Below, piece by piece: positions 1-12,627 of a stretch of 64,000 nt of DNA. The notes beneath the pieces are model-generated. The model did no database searches. It saw nothing but the letters and a program-made list of their open reading frames with translations, and had not been told where the DNA came from. Both the position numbers and the translations under genes were made by a program. The stretch lies in contig CM060732.1 of the NCBI GenBank assembly GCA_030704615.1, positions 67,270,001 through 67,334,000 of the forward strand. Reading direction: 5' to 3'. Source of the DNA: Takakia lepidozioides. Lineage: Eukaryota > Plantae > Bryophyta. How positions within the stretch are numbered: position 1 is the first letter of the stretch; each line of letters begins with the position of its first letter.

Positions 1-2853
1 ATGCTGTGGTAGTGACCAGTCCACCAACTCCGTGGGGCGCTGACGCAAGGTGAGCTTACCTTGTTTTGTATTGTAACCCTAATCCTGATATTGTAATGGA
101 TAGTAGGTGCAGATCGGGTCTCAGTAAGGGAGATAGGAATGAGCAGGTAGTGTAATCCAGTTTGGTCTAGATCAGTTAAGTGTATATGGGCAAGAACGTT
201 CGAGGATATACAGGGTTGGGGAATGAGGTTCCTGTTGGTGCCAGTAACTGTAGAGGTGCTTATTGCTCGTAACTTTCCCCTGTTATACAAAGAAGCAGAA
301 GATGGCCAAGGTCTAAGGCAAATTAGGGGGGAGTGGGTCTGCATGTATTTACTATATTTTGACATTGGGTCATCAGAGTACATTCTATGTGCACATAAGT
401 AATAGGGATTCTCTACAAGACAGGGAGCATAGTGAGTTGGATCAATTTTTGAGCATAGTATAGTCATAAATTGGGTATGTTGTGGGTAGGACAGAGGTGA
501 TTGGGTTGGTGTCTGTGCATAGTGCGTTTCAAACTGACCATTGAGCGAGGGGTAGAGAGCATATGTCCAAATAGAGTTCAGATGTTGGGGTTTAAGATAA
601 TAGCATAGGGCGAGAACTTCTATGTTTACATATTGAATAAGGGGGCAGTTAGGTGCCCCTATATAGTAAGTTTGATATTGAGAGCTGAAAGAGTAGTTCA
701 GTGGGTTGAGATAATAGCAAAAGGTTAGTGGTTTTGTGTTTTCATGATGTAAGAGGGAGCAAACAAGTGCCCTTGTACAATAAGTTTGATAATCAGAGTT
801 GAGACAGTAGGCTAGAGGAGGTGTCCAGATAGAGAGAGTTTGGTAGTTGGAAGTGTTGAGAGAGCAGTCAAAATCTGGATTTCCTGTGCCAGTGTATTGT
901 GGAATTACCCAGCTTAGAAAATTTGTAAAGTCTTTCAGACGTGAGGTGGAATTGCATCTATTTGCACACAATCTGAGCAAACTAGGAGTGTTTATATTTA
1001 CATATCGGATTTCAAGAAAAGAGGCATTTTGTGAAAGAGAGCTAATCAGTGCCGGTATATAGTAAGTTTGGTATTGGGAGTTCAGGGAGGAGTCAAAGAA
1101 AAAATGTCCAAGGGGAGATAATTTGATAGAGAGAACTGACATAGCAGGTAAGAGCAGGAATCCTTGTATCAACGTATGTGGGGAATATGCAACATATGCA
1201 TTTAGTATAGTCTTTGAGAGGTTGGGCATCTATAGAAAGGGTAGAAGATATGTTGACAAGATCACAAGCATGACAAACATGATGTACGTAGTGGATCAAG
1301 GCCAGGGGGCACCTGGGTGGGCAAAGATAGAGAGCGGGTTGACTCCTACTGTCATTTAGTGCAGTGTAACTCCAAGCTCGTAATTTTTTACGAAGGCTAT
1401 GAAGCTGAGAAACAAGATATGAGGAAGGTTTGGTTTGGGCATCCAGGCCCTGTTCATTTATGTGAACATTGCGCATCAAGAGATCATAGGATGCAGTTAG
1501 ATAAAAGGAGGAATTAGTGGGGAGGCATGGAGTTGATTTGGAGGGATTTGTTTGACAATTAAACCTAGCATGCCAACTATGAAGTTGTGAGGTTATGAGG
1601 GATTCAAAGAGTAGCATTGTGTGGGAGTAAAGATAGGTATCATAACTGTTTGGATAGAGAATTCCAAGCAGGTGCGAGGGATAGTACCTCGGAGTACGCT
1701 TTGCAGGTGTAGAGTTCAACAATTGTATCTTTTGCCAGATGTTGTGGTTGTGGGACCTTGCATATGAAGCATGTTGGGGGTCCAGTGGAATCGACGTAGT
1801 AGAAGGCAGGGAAGCCTGATCTGCTGTGGCAGTTTGGAAATATAATACATGTTGTTGCTGAGTTGTCTTGCAGGCGAGGAGACGATCATGAGGAAGGGCG
1901 TTGGCAGAAGTAGGCGCTAGATATGTAGGAAAACTGAATAGGACGTCGTTGTAGGCTTGGAGACGCGTACTATCTACATAGATCCATGCCGACGCTATGT
2001 TGGTAGAGCTTGAGTTGCTCCACAACTCGATCTTGAACATGGGGCTACGTCGATCGAGACGTGCAGCTCCATCGTATGCGTGGATTTCCATCATCATGGG
2101 CCTTGTGCGTCTCCAACGATGGGGTAGTTTGTCGGTGTCGATTCGTATATCATGTGGTGACACATGATCCGTGGGCTCCTTGGTGGAGGCACTATTCATG
2201 GGAAGATTCACTTGGTAACATTCAGACCCTCGCATAACCTGGGAATTCCATGAGGCTTTGCTGTTTGGTTTCAAAGGGATCCTTGAGATGTTCTCCGCGT
2301 GCTTACTCAGGGTGGGCTCCTGTCTAGTATGCCAGGGCTTAAGTCTCTCTTTGATCTGCATTGTGCGCATCTGATCGGTGGTCGCTGTGTGTATAATAAC
2401 AAGGAGCAGGAGCAGATTTTGGGCCGCATTAGAGATCTGCCTCATGGCGATAATTCGCTTCGATCGGGTGCTTGATGTGCATTGACGTTGCAGCTTCCTG
2501 TAGAGTTGAGAGAGAAACCTCTGGTTTTCTTGCTTCTTCTTCACAGGTTCAAAAGTTGTTTTATACTCAAGATGCGAGATCCCATCGCTAATAGTCTTCA
2601 CGGGCTTCTGGTGCGGTTTTTTCTGCATCATACTGAAGGTGTTGTTCCCTAGATCGGGAGAAAGAGCACTAGAAGCTCTGAAAACTAAAAAAATTCTATG
2701 AAGAAGCAAGAATGACAAAAGAAAGATAAAACAGAATGCTAAGGATTGAAGCAGGCTATGGAAGTGGGTAAGGGTGCAAAGCATGGGCCAAATCAAGGGT
2801 GCAATGGAGGGAATCAGGGCTCGCGCTGCGGCAAAGGTTCGCGTTGCAAACAC
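1..2853 (-). CDS. Long unassigned reading frame (586 aa plus about 365 further codons after a single +1 frameshift near 1095-1104; open off the window edge); hydrophobic N-terminal segment and internal degenerate repeats
   Basis: Listed ORF 1093..2853 ends ...YQIISPWTFFL*. Manual translation of the shifted frame (DSSLNSQYQTYYIPALIS...) has no stop down to position 1. The joined sequence WTFF-DSSLNSQYQTY aligns with the downstream repeat WTPPLAYCLNSDYQTY. No recognisable family motif. Confidence 0.55.
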
Positions 2854-2933
2854 ACTAGTGGGGGCAGAACAGCGGGGTCACTAAAGAGAGCATTAAAAAA
2901 GACAAGAAAGCTGAAAACATGGCCTATACACTC

Positions 2934-3260
2934 TGTCAAGTTATTTTACCACTAGTGTGAAACTAGCTAGGAAATAGTTAGCTTTTACATATTGACATTT
3001 GGGATTGACCCAAGTGTCAATCCAGGGGTCAAGGAAAATTTAGGCCCTGGAGTGGTTATCTTCACGGCAAGCGCGGGAGGCTCATCTTTCTCGAGTTGAG
3101 CCTCACCGCGCCTAGCTATGGCGCCGTAGTGTGGATTCCCATGGCGTGGGGGTGCACTTGGCTTGACTTGTATTTGAGTGATGAGGTTATATATGCATGA
3201 GTTTATGCTTCAGCTTTGTGAGCTCGCATGAGCTTGTGCTTGTATTCTTCTTCTTTATCA
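2934..3260 (+). repeat. Terminal repeat block A1 (327 bp), copy of A2 at 13076-13403
   Basis: tgtcaagttattttaccactagtgtgaaactagc...ttcttctttatca is near-identical at both positions. Confidence 0.95.
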
Positions 3261-3272
3261 CTCGAGAAAGAT
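3261..3272 (+). promoter_or_regulatory. Putative self-priming primer-binding site
   Basis: ctcgagaaagat directly follows the terminal CA of A1 and is the exact reverse complement of atctttctcgag at 3084-3095 within A1. No TGG-type tRNA PBS is present. Confidence 0.6.
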
Positions 3273-3454
3273 CGTATCTGTGAGTGCCAGATATGAGTTA
3301 GTTGTAGCACTTGTGGTTTTTGCTTGAGAATGAGAGAAACCAGGTTGTTATGCAAGGAGCACCGTGGAGCCCTTGGATGTTAGAAGCGGAGGCGATGTGG
3401 GTTACGAGGTGGTAGACCTTGGCATTCGATCTTCAGCTTCAGAGATGAAAGCAC

Positions 3455-3800
3455 CATGTTGTAGGTTGCATGTGTGGAGCATGTATTCAGCTCATTGAAG
3501 CTTCCATCTTCAAGCTTGGAGGGCAAGCAAGGAAGAGGGAAGGGTTGACTTCCCTTATGTGAGGGCAACGCATGTGTGGAGCATGCTTTCAGCCTGTTGA
3601 AGGCTTGTATTTTCAAGTTTGGGAGTGCAAGAAATGAAGCAAAGGGGCTGATTCTCTTGTGGTGAGAGTGGGGCATGTGTGGAGCAAGCCTTCAGTCCAT
3701 TGGGCTTTTGTTTTCAAGTTTTAGGGAACTAGAAAAGAAGGTAAGGGACTGATCTGCTCTTATGTGACAGTCCAACACTTGTAGAGCGTGTTCTGAGTTG
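3455..3800 (+). repeat. Degenerate ~100-bp tandem repeats in the element leader
   Basis: gcatgtgtggagca...ttcaag recurs at about 3468, 3570 and 3673, with a weaker copy near 3775. Confidence 0.7.
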
Positions 3801-4194
3801 GGGTTTCAACCTCAAGCCTAGATAGAGCATGGCTCTTGAAGTGACAGGTATAGGGGGCTGGAATAGGCTCTAAGACAGATGCTATGGCCAAGAAAAACGC
3901 TTGAATGAGTGCTCACAAGGACTGGAAACCAGCAAGGCTTGGTTGTTTGCCATTGAGTTTAGTGGCGTGTTTGGGGAGTCTAAGTGAGAAAGAAGGCTTG
4001 GTTTGTGGCAACCATTTTCCTCATGGCTTAGGGCTACTATTGGTGGTGTGTGGGAGCCGAAAGAGCAAGAATACCTTGCTGATTTCTTCACAGCCACCAT
4101 AGCTCGGTGCAAAGAAGCCTAGAGTCCAAGAGACACAAACCCTAGCTTAGCGTGGGCAAACCCCTTGGGAAATGGCTAAACTGTCATGAGTGGC

Positions 4195-4660
4195 CGTGGA
4201 TGGGGCTGTGATAGGCTATGACAGGCTGTGCCATGTGGCCTGTCAAGCTGTGACGGGCTGTGACAGGCTATGCCCTGGGGCCTGTGGGGCTGTAACGGGC
4301 TGTGACAAGCTGTGCCCTGTGGCCTATGGGCTGTGAGTGTGACAGACTGTGGCCTTTGGGGCTGTGACCCCTGTGACCTGTGTAGGGTTGTGACAGGCTG
4401 TGATGGGTTGTGAGGGGCTGTGCCATGTGGCCTGTGGGGATGTGACGGGTTGTGAGGGACTGTGACAGGCTGTGCCCTGTGGCCTATGGGGCTGTGAGGG
4501 GCTGTGACAGGCTGTGCCTATGGCCTTTGGGGTTGTGATGGGCTGTGACAGGCTATGGCCTGTGTGGGGCTGTGACGGCTGTGACCAGTGATCTGTGTAG
4601 GCCTGTGCTGGTCTGTGGTGGCCCGTGTTGACTCGTGGATGGCCTGTGCTGACTCGTGGA
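4195..4660 (+). repeat. Low-complexity (ggctgtgac-like) tandem repeat in the element leader
   Basis: Many ggctgtga/gacaggctgtg units. Confidence 0.85.
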
Positions 4661-5529
4661 AGCACTGGTGGACTGCCTAAGGACTGGCATGTGGTCTTGA
4701 AGGCCGAATTTTGAAGCTCGTGGAGGGCAGTTTGAGGAGTATCTTAGTGATATTCCCATGGTCATGCAAGTGAGGGAAGAGATAAGAAAAAGAGTGTTGG
4801 GATGAGGGCATGCTGGGGTTAGGCATTGCTTTAGCTTCTCTTCCTCGTAGTTTCCACCCTCTCATTAGGCCAAGACTTTTCGGTAGGTGAAGACAAAAGT
4901 CAATCCCGGTTTGGGCTGGGGTGTCCTTGCAGGAGCAACACCGTGGAGTTGTTTTTTGTGTGGGGGAGTTGTCGTTTTGATTTCTTGTGTTTGGATCCCC
5001 TCCATACCTGCATGCTTGACTGTGCGCCATGCTAGTTTTGTGTGGGCGCTTGTTTTTATAGGTGATTGGTCCGGATTTGATCACCGGCCAGTCCTAGAGC
5101 ATGCTGTCGATGGTGAGGCTGGGGTGATGACCAGCCAGACCATCATTGTTTCTCCTGTGGTGAGGTTGGAGGTGATGACCAGCCAACCATAGGAGTGCTT
5201 GCGGTGGATGCAGGTACAGGTGTAGGCTATGTTATGAACTTAGTATTCCAAACCATAAGCCGCAACAGGTTCTCTACCCGGTTACCTTTGGGAGGGGGTT
5301 TGGACATGTTCATGACCGGTTGAGTGTCAACACGGAGGTGCCACTAGTTGCTGCTGGGACAGTGCCGGTTCGAGCACTAGCGATACTAGTGGGTACACGA
5401 GACGAGGTGTGCGTTTAGGCCACCTTCCCTCGTGTGTCTTCTACGGGAGGTTCTAAATTCGGATTGTGAATCAGGAGACTCATACCGGCGGTGCAAGTTG
5501 TTTCTTGCATTGTTGTGGAAACCAATGGA

Positions 5530-6750
5530 GGAGATGTATGGAGCTACCAAGGGGCCACGAAGGTACTCTGGGGCGGTGGGCACCATCGAGTTGGATGATT
5601 TTATCCAAGAGTTTGATAGTTGGTGTAATTTGCAGCAAATGCGCAATCCACAACTATTTACGCATTTCATGGCATGGAAGGGGCTTTCAGCACCTTGAGG
5701 GGCCGCCTATGGATGATTACCATGAATCAGGCGGGGGCATGAGGTTGAGATCGAGGAGTGGAGGATGTACTGGTCACCCGACTATGTCTCCATCACTAGG
5801 GGCACTAGAGTCACGAGGGCAGTGGTTACACCTGCCGCTTCACCGGCATCTTCAGCAAGCAGCAGTGGGACTAGTAGCACTGGTGGTACCATAGCTATGA
5901 CGTCCACCCAAGCCACTACCGCACCAGCACCAGTACCCGCATGCCTTCAACCCTGTTGTGGAGTTCTTCGAAGAGTTGGAGGGAACTACCAAGGGGTGAG
6001 GACAGAGAAGTTGCGGAGCTTGCAAGAGTTCCAACGGAAGCCTACTGAGAGCTTGATGGAGGCTTTCACTCACTGAGCGCTTGATAAATGTAACCCAAGG
6101 GGATACGGAAGCTCAGGCAGTCCAATTCTGGTATGGGATATTGGACAAGGAGCTGAGGGGAAGGGTGTGGAATGCAACTCTCCTACAAGCGGCCCAACCC
6201 ACCTTAGCAAATGTGTTTTTGCTGGCAGAGCGGATAGAGCTCAACATGGTGGAGGAACAAGTGGTCATGGTGGGATTTGCTAAGGAGACACCACGGGGTA
6301 GTGGTGCTCCTAGCCAACCACTACCTCAACGTGCTCAAGGCAACAAGGGGGCTCAGGTGAAGCTCAGGGAAGGGCATAGAAGACCTCAGATGCAGGGTCT
6401 CTCCCTTCATTTGCTGGCCAACAACGGAATTGGTGTGCTGGACATGTGGAGGACCCCATGTCAAGAAGGATTGCCCAGAGGGAGGCAAAGGGCCGGCACA
6501 TGCACAGCCTATACAGTTGCAGTGTGGCATTGTGGCAAGCACGGGCATGGAGAGGCCCAGTGTTATGGTTTGCATCCTGAGTTGCCCCAGGCCAGTTCCA
6601 AGGGAACAATGGTGGCCGGGGGCGAGGTGGAGCAGCCCAAAGAGGACGAGGTGGCTAGGCACAAGGTGCAGGCCAAGGGCAAGCTCAACATGGCCAAGGA
6701 CGCGGAGGTCAGGGTGTTGACCAAGGCATGGCCAACCGGCTTCAGCAGCT
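5530..6750 (+). pseudogene. gag remnant with two CCHC-type zinc knuckles
   Basis: Frameshifted pieces: ...ELDDFIQEFDSWC..., EKLRSLQEFQRKPTESL..., CWTCGGPHVKKDC, HCGKHGHGEAQC. Confidence 0.75.
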
Positions 6751-7519
6751 AGAGCAGAGGCTCGCTGCCATGGCTACAGCTCAGGTGTACCGGCTCCAAG
6801 GCTGGATGGTCCACCTCCTGCTCTAGGGAGTAATATGTGAGGTATGGGATTCATGTTCGGAGCAGCACATACCCACTAGTGCACTTGAGATCGTTCTGCA
6901 GCCGGGCCTCGATGAGCAGCACGATTCCTAAGCCACGAGGTGCATGAGGTGGAGTTGGATCCAAAGCGTGGGGAGGACAAAGCCGTCAAGCTGGCTTCCG
7001 CATCATTCACAATTGGCGGGGACAGTGTCAACGCCTCCATGGCACCTAGTTTCTCTCTCGACTGTTACCAGGCGAAGGTTACTATGTCATTGGGGAGAGC
7101 TACACGGGTAGCCCCGTCACCAATTGTTCCAGGCTACGGCAGCTAGTGTACTGGCTAGGACGGCCACATCTGTTGTCAGGCTCCATTGTTCTCCATTCTC
7201 GGCTACCATGATTTGCGACACCCAGGATAATACCACAGCTGAGGTGTTTAGCTGCAGCTACACCTGTGTAGTGGGGAGGTTTACTTCATCGTCTCTGCGA
7301 GATAGTTGGAGGTGTAGTGCCGGAGGGATCCTCGGATTTGAGGGTCAAGACACCACGACGGCGCCATGATCAAGCTGCAGCTTCCAGGTTGATGAGAGCT
7401 GCCAGCTAGGCCACAGCCATTGCGGAGCGCAAGCCTGTGACAACCTGGAGTTGTCATGATTAGAACAACCAAGATGGCATTTCTGGTTTAAGTGGACCGA
7501 CAGGCAAGAGGTAACCCGG

Positions 7520-7850
7520 CCACGCGGGATCTTGTTGGACTCGGGAGCTCAGCCATTGAGGCTGGGCAGAACTGCTTATTGGCAGGCTTGGCCCTCACGG
7601 AAGGCGGATATGGAGCCTTGTCCTTTCCAGATACAGACGTCTCTTGGAGTATCGGAGCAGGCTCGGGGCATGACACGGCTTGAGTTGGCTACAGACATAA
7701 CGGCCCCGATCACCCTATAGATGGTTCAGTGATGCGAGCCAAGGCCATTGTGACGACGCGGTCTCGTACAATGTCATGGTTTGGTGGGCCAGTGTTGTAT
7801 CCCATGGGCTTCACCCTGATTTTTGGGAGGAGTCACTTCCTACTATAAGG
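7520..7850 (+). pseudogene. Retroviral-type aspartic protease remnant
   Basis: atc ttg ttg gac tcg gga gct cag cca = ILLDSGAQP at 7529-7555. Confidence 0.75.
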
Positions 7851-8261
7851 CTTGGATGGAAGTCAGGGGAGGGCGCGCGGTGTGCCGCTCCCTGTGAGCA
7901 TTCATATGGAGGAGTTGCAGTTGCGCAGGGGGCAAGATGCCGACACTAGCGTAGCATTCACAGCTGCAGGTGACTTGGCCTGCAGATTGCTTGAGGGCAA
8001 CGCTCATTCAGAGGATGTCACAACCCGTCCGAGAGTAGGATGACATATATGGTAATGGTCGGAGTTGCCTGCCATGGTTTGCTCCACTACCGTTGTGGGG
8101 CACGAGCAAGGATTTGCATCGTGTTGCTGAATCGAACGGGTGCAACAAGCTTGGGTGGAGGCTTTTGTACCATAGGAGAGGAGGAGAGTGCGGGGATTGT
8201 GCACCAAGACCACCTCCGTTGTCACCATTGGATCCATACCTATTGATTGGCAGGATCCGAT

Positions 8262-9215
8262 GAAGGCATTTGTCTTCTGGACTTGTTTGGCGGGATCAGC
8301 AACCCCGGATTGGCTGCTGTGCTACAGGGCAGTGTAGCGAGTTCGGTGTTACCTGTATGTGGAGAGGGATGAGACTCACACGCGTTTCACACTTCGTCAT
8401 GTGGCTCAGTAGTGCAATCCAATACCCTCAGTTGTTGCCGGTGTCTGCAGTTCGTGGATATCAGCAGGCCTTAGCCAGCAGACATTTCATTGCTGGGGAG
8501 CGGGGCGCGATTTGTGAGCGGGTTGCTCCATTGATCTGGTAGTGGCCAGGTATGTCCTGCCAAGGGCATTCTCAGCCGGGCATAGGCAATGGATTGCGAG
8601 ACTCGAGGTCGGTTCTGTTTGAGATTGCGAAAGCTTCATCAGCTGTATCTCCCATCAGATATTATTTGGAGAATGTGCCACTGATGGGCGATTTCTCGGG
8701 CTAGGGTGATGGCCAGTGTGCATCGTCCGGTCGTGGCTTGGGTCGCAGTGTTGCTAGATGCAGCTACAGTGGGGTCACAGGCGTCATCGTCCACGACTAT
8801 GTGTGGACTAACTGATGCCACCCCGCACGCTCAAGCGTGCATTTGATGGAAGTGCAGCGGCCAGCACACCCAGCTCACAGTGGATAGCATTTTGGACACA
8901 GGGAGGCAGTCTCAGCGTGTGAGACACGATGACCGTTCGCCTTTGGCAGTGGTCAACAAGGTGGGTCATCCACGAGCAGCATTACCTACACTACTCAGCT
9001 TCCCAGGATCGTATGCTTTCCGGGATAGTGGACCTGGCCTCCTGTGGGATGCTCAGTTGCAGCAGTTAGTGGAGCCTAATGTTGACGAGCGTGAGCGGAC
9101 GATGGGTTTTACCACTGGTACCACGGCGGTGTCGTCTCTTTCTAAGGCATCACGTCGTCAGGTGTTGGGGCAAGCAATGGATCTCAATTGCTTGACCTGG
9201 ATTATCAGCTTGGCT
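8262..9215 (+). pseudogene. C5-cytosine DNA methyltransferase domain embedded in the retroelement pol region (frameshifted)
   Basis: Motifs occur in canonical order. I: LLDLFGGIS (8274-8300). II: VRCYLYVERD (8341-8370). III: DISLL (~8482). IV: IDLVVA..CQGHS.PG.G.GLRDSRSVLF (8530-8620). VI: YYLENVP (8660-8680). VIII: LLDAATVGSQA-HRPRL-WTN (8751-8812). IX: EPNVDERERTMGF (~9072-9110). X: LGQAMD (~9166-9183). Confidence 0.88.
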
Positions 9216-9579
9216 ATGGCTGAGCCAACGCAGAGTGCGGAGTACACTTCCCTCGATGGTCTCTCTCTGCCTACCGAGACGGTACATGCAGTGAGTGGGG
9301 GCGAGCATGTGAGGACCATGGGGTGTAGGCATCCATGGCACACGTGGGAGGTGCTCGAGGTTCAGAGGGAGTTGGCAGCCAAGGTGGCGGTGATGGATGA
9401 GGTTGGGGATTTTTTCTCGGGTGGAGGAAGTCCTTGAGGATGAGATGATGGGGCAGGATGAGGCCTTGTCACTGACTGAGCAGGTAGGGAGTACTGCTCA
9501 AGAGGTTGCAACATAGCAACCATTGGACGCGTCCTCTACCTCTAAGCCCACTGGACTTAAGGTTGCAGTTACGGAGGAC

Positions 9580-10995
9580 AATTGGGAGCCTGACATTGGA
9601 CCCATTATCACCGGAGGAGAGAGACGACGTATACGGCGGTTCCTGAGGGCTTACATGAATTGCTTTGTCTTCAGTTTGAAGGACTTGGGAGCACTGAAGG
9701 GTCAAGAGATTCGTATTGAGTTGGCCACTGACACGCCAATCTTTCGGAGACCCTATAGATACAGTGACATAGAGAGGTCTTTGATTCAGATGAGGACTCA
9801 AGATCTCTGGGAGGCAGGTTTGGTGGAGCTCTCTGGTGGAGAGTATGCTTCAGCCACAGTGATGCCAGCCAAGAAGGATGTCTATGGCAATTGGACGGAG
9901 GGACGTATGTGCGGTGATTACCGGCCTGTAAATCGTCAGACCAAGTCCGATAAGTATGCCATGCCCACACCGGAGGAGATCTTTGATGTCTTTGGGCATG
10001 CTAAGGTCTTTAGCACTTTGGATTTACGATCCGGATATCACCAGTTGCCAATCAAGGAGGCGGACAAGCAGAAGACGGCATTCTGGGGATCAATGAGCAC
10101 GGCAAGGATTGCCTATATCAGTGGCGGTTCTTACCATTTAGGCTTAAGAACGCTCCTGCAGAGTTTCAGAGAGTCGTGGATAGGATTCTAGCAGGGGTGG
10201 ACTTTGCCCGGTGCTACATAGATAACATCATCATCTTTAGTGTTACGGTGGAGGAGCATGAAAGACACCTTCAAGTGGTATTGGAGCGCTTGAAGTTGCA
10301 TCCGGGGAAGTGCAAGTTTTTTCACAACCAGATTGAGTATCTGGGTCACATGATATATCCTGGAGGATTGGGGGTACAACAGACTAAGGTAGAGGCCATT
10401 GCACAAATTCCACACCCCACGGATGTGAGTCGAGTTCGAGTTTTCATGGGGTTGGCAAACTATTATAGACGGTTTGTCAAAGGATTTAGTGCCATTGCAA
10501 AGGCTCTAACCAAGCTGACCAAGGTGGACCAGGAGTGGCAATGGAAAGATGAGCATGAACGAGCTTTTCAAGAGCTCAAGGCAAGGTTGACCTCGGCGCC
10601 TATCCTGAGACGACCTATCAGGGGGCGTCCCTTTCAGCTGCATACGGATTGGAGAATGTTGGGGCTTGGAGCGGTGCTCACACAGGTGGATGATGAGGGA
10701 AGAGAGTTCGTAGTGGCTTATGCTAGCCGCTCGAACAACGCCGCAGAGGCTAAGTATAGCTCACATGAGGGAGAGTGCTTAGCTGCAGTGTGGGCCGTGG
10801 CACACTTCATGTGCTATCTATACGGCAATCTCTTCACCCTTGTCACGGATCACCAGCCACTCAAGTGGTTGATGGAGTCAGACAAGCTTACGGGGAAGCT
10901 TGCACGATGGGCACTCATACTCCAGGAGTATGACTTTCAGGTTGTATATCAACCGGGTTTGGTCAATCGGGATGCGGATGGATTGAGTCGCAATC
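9580..10995 (+). pseudogene. Reverse transcriptase and RNase H of the Ty3/gypsy element
   Basis: RMCGDYRPVN, FSTLDLRSGYHQL, YIDNIIIF (YIDD mutated to YIDN), KCKFF..IEYLGH, FMGLANYYRRFV, FQLHTDW, YASRS, TDHQPL, DADGLSR. One frameshift near 10090. Confidence 0.95.
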
Positions 10996-11379
10996 CATGC
11001 ACGAGCCAGCAGGATGATACTGGAGCTCGGTGGCATGGTGAGACGGACGAGGAGATGGTGTCGGGATAGCATGCATCTGCCTTTTTGTGTATCTTGGCAT
11101 CGGGAGGTCAGGTTGGACCTACAACAGGGATGACTATAGACGGAGTGTCTGAGGACCCTAAGGCTAGTGATGAGCTAGGTGGTACCAGAGATATACATGA
11201 GGATTCGGCTGTGTTGGACTACCTCCGTACTGGAGACATGGCAGTCACTGTGACTGCCAAGGAGAGGGATCGGATCCTACAACGAGCCAAGAGGTTCAAG
11301 TGGGAGGGGATACACCTACTTCGAGTATGGGAGGATGGTCGGATGAGGATTGTGCCTCACCCCACACAGCGTGCACGGT

Positions 11380-12345
11380 TAGTGCGGCATGCCCATGAGG
11401 AGTTGGAGCATTTTGGAGTGCGACGCACTCACAGTTTACTGCAGGGGCAGTATTGGTGGCATGGTATGCATACAGAGGTGCAACAGTTCGTGGCTAGGTG
11501 CATGGTGTGTGACAGGGTGCGTGCTTCATTCACCGCCCCCTACACCACAATTGCATCCTTTACCAATCATGGGATTGGGCTACAGGTGGAGTCTTGACTT
11601 CTCATGACCGTTGCCACTGACTATGCGCCACCACAGATATGTGTTGGTGATGGTGGAGCACTTCTCCAAGTGGATTGAGTTGGTTCCATTGCATGACAAG
11701 GCTAGTGAGGGGGCTGCGTATGCATTCTTAGATTGTGTACTTAGCCGATTTGGTGCTCCAGCTAAGGTACTCACGGACCAAGGGAGAGAGTTCTTGGGGG
11801 AGTTTCAGGCTTTGTGTGATAAAGCCTTGATAGACCACCGCACCACTTCTCGGGATCATCCTGAGGCCGATGGCTTGGCAGAGAGAGTTGTCCAGACGAT
11901 GAAGAGGGGTTTGCGCAAGTATGGCTTGCAGAAGGGACACCTAGGAGATTGGGATCTTCAGGTTCATTGGTTAGCCATGGGCTACAGGTTCAGCAAACAA
12001 GCATCATTTGCCTCCTTCTCACCATATTTCCTTCTCTTTGGCCGAGAACCGGATTTGCCTGCAGCCATTCATAGGGACACTGCTCAAGTCCTTAACCTTG
12101 ACGATCCGGACGTGTGGGTACGTGTATGTGATCAGCGTGCAGAGTTGTTCAAGAAAGTCATGCCCATGGCTTTTGAGAACCTTACCATTGCACAGCACCG
12201 TGATATGTTGAGGTATGTCACTATACGTGGTGGAAGATATCGTCCTGGGGTTCGGAGGTTTAGCCCTGTTGACTATGTTTATTTGCAGCAGACTGCTCCT
12301 ACGACTCCGGATGTTACTGCAGGGCGTGTTATTCTGAGGGTTTGA
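11380..12345 (+). pseudogene. DDE integrase (HHCC zinc finger plus catalytic core)
   Basis: HAHEELEHFG...CMVC; WSLDFS*PLP; VLTDQGREF; EADGLAERVVQTMK; SPYFLLFGR. Confidence 0.95.
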
Positions 12346-12492
12346 GAGGTGTTGCCCTCAGGGGTCCTGATCTTGGAGTGTCGGGATGGCATGACTTGGA
12401 AGGACCATGTGCGTAATTGTGCGCCATGTCACCTTCCCAATGTCGATGGCAGAGTTGACCCAAACTTGGCAGTGGTACGTGCAGGTTTGAGG

Positions 12493-12627
12493 TGCATGCT
12501 CTATGGGTCTGCCAAAGGGGCAGCCACCATGCTGGTGTGTGATCGATGCTCAAGGGGTTGGCATATGAGATGCTTGACACCACCTCTTGAGAAGGTTCCT
12601 GACGGAGATTGGTTGTGTCCATACTGC
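12493..12627 (+). other. PHD finger at the integrase C-terminus
   Basis: CMLY(second Cys mutated)...MLVCDRCSRGWHMRCLTPPLEKVPDGDWLCPYC. Same frame as the integrase ORF 11611..12345, separated by one TGA. Confidence 0.9.

Noticed and set aside
4324-5192. ORFs in the retroelement leader, including a hydrophobic 101-aa ORF, as env-like genes
   Set aside because: They are short, partly derived from tandem repeats, and have no supporting motif.
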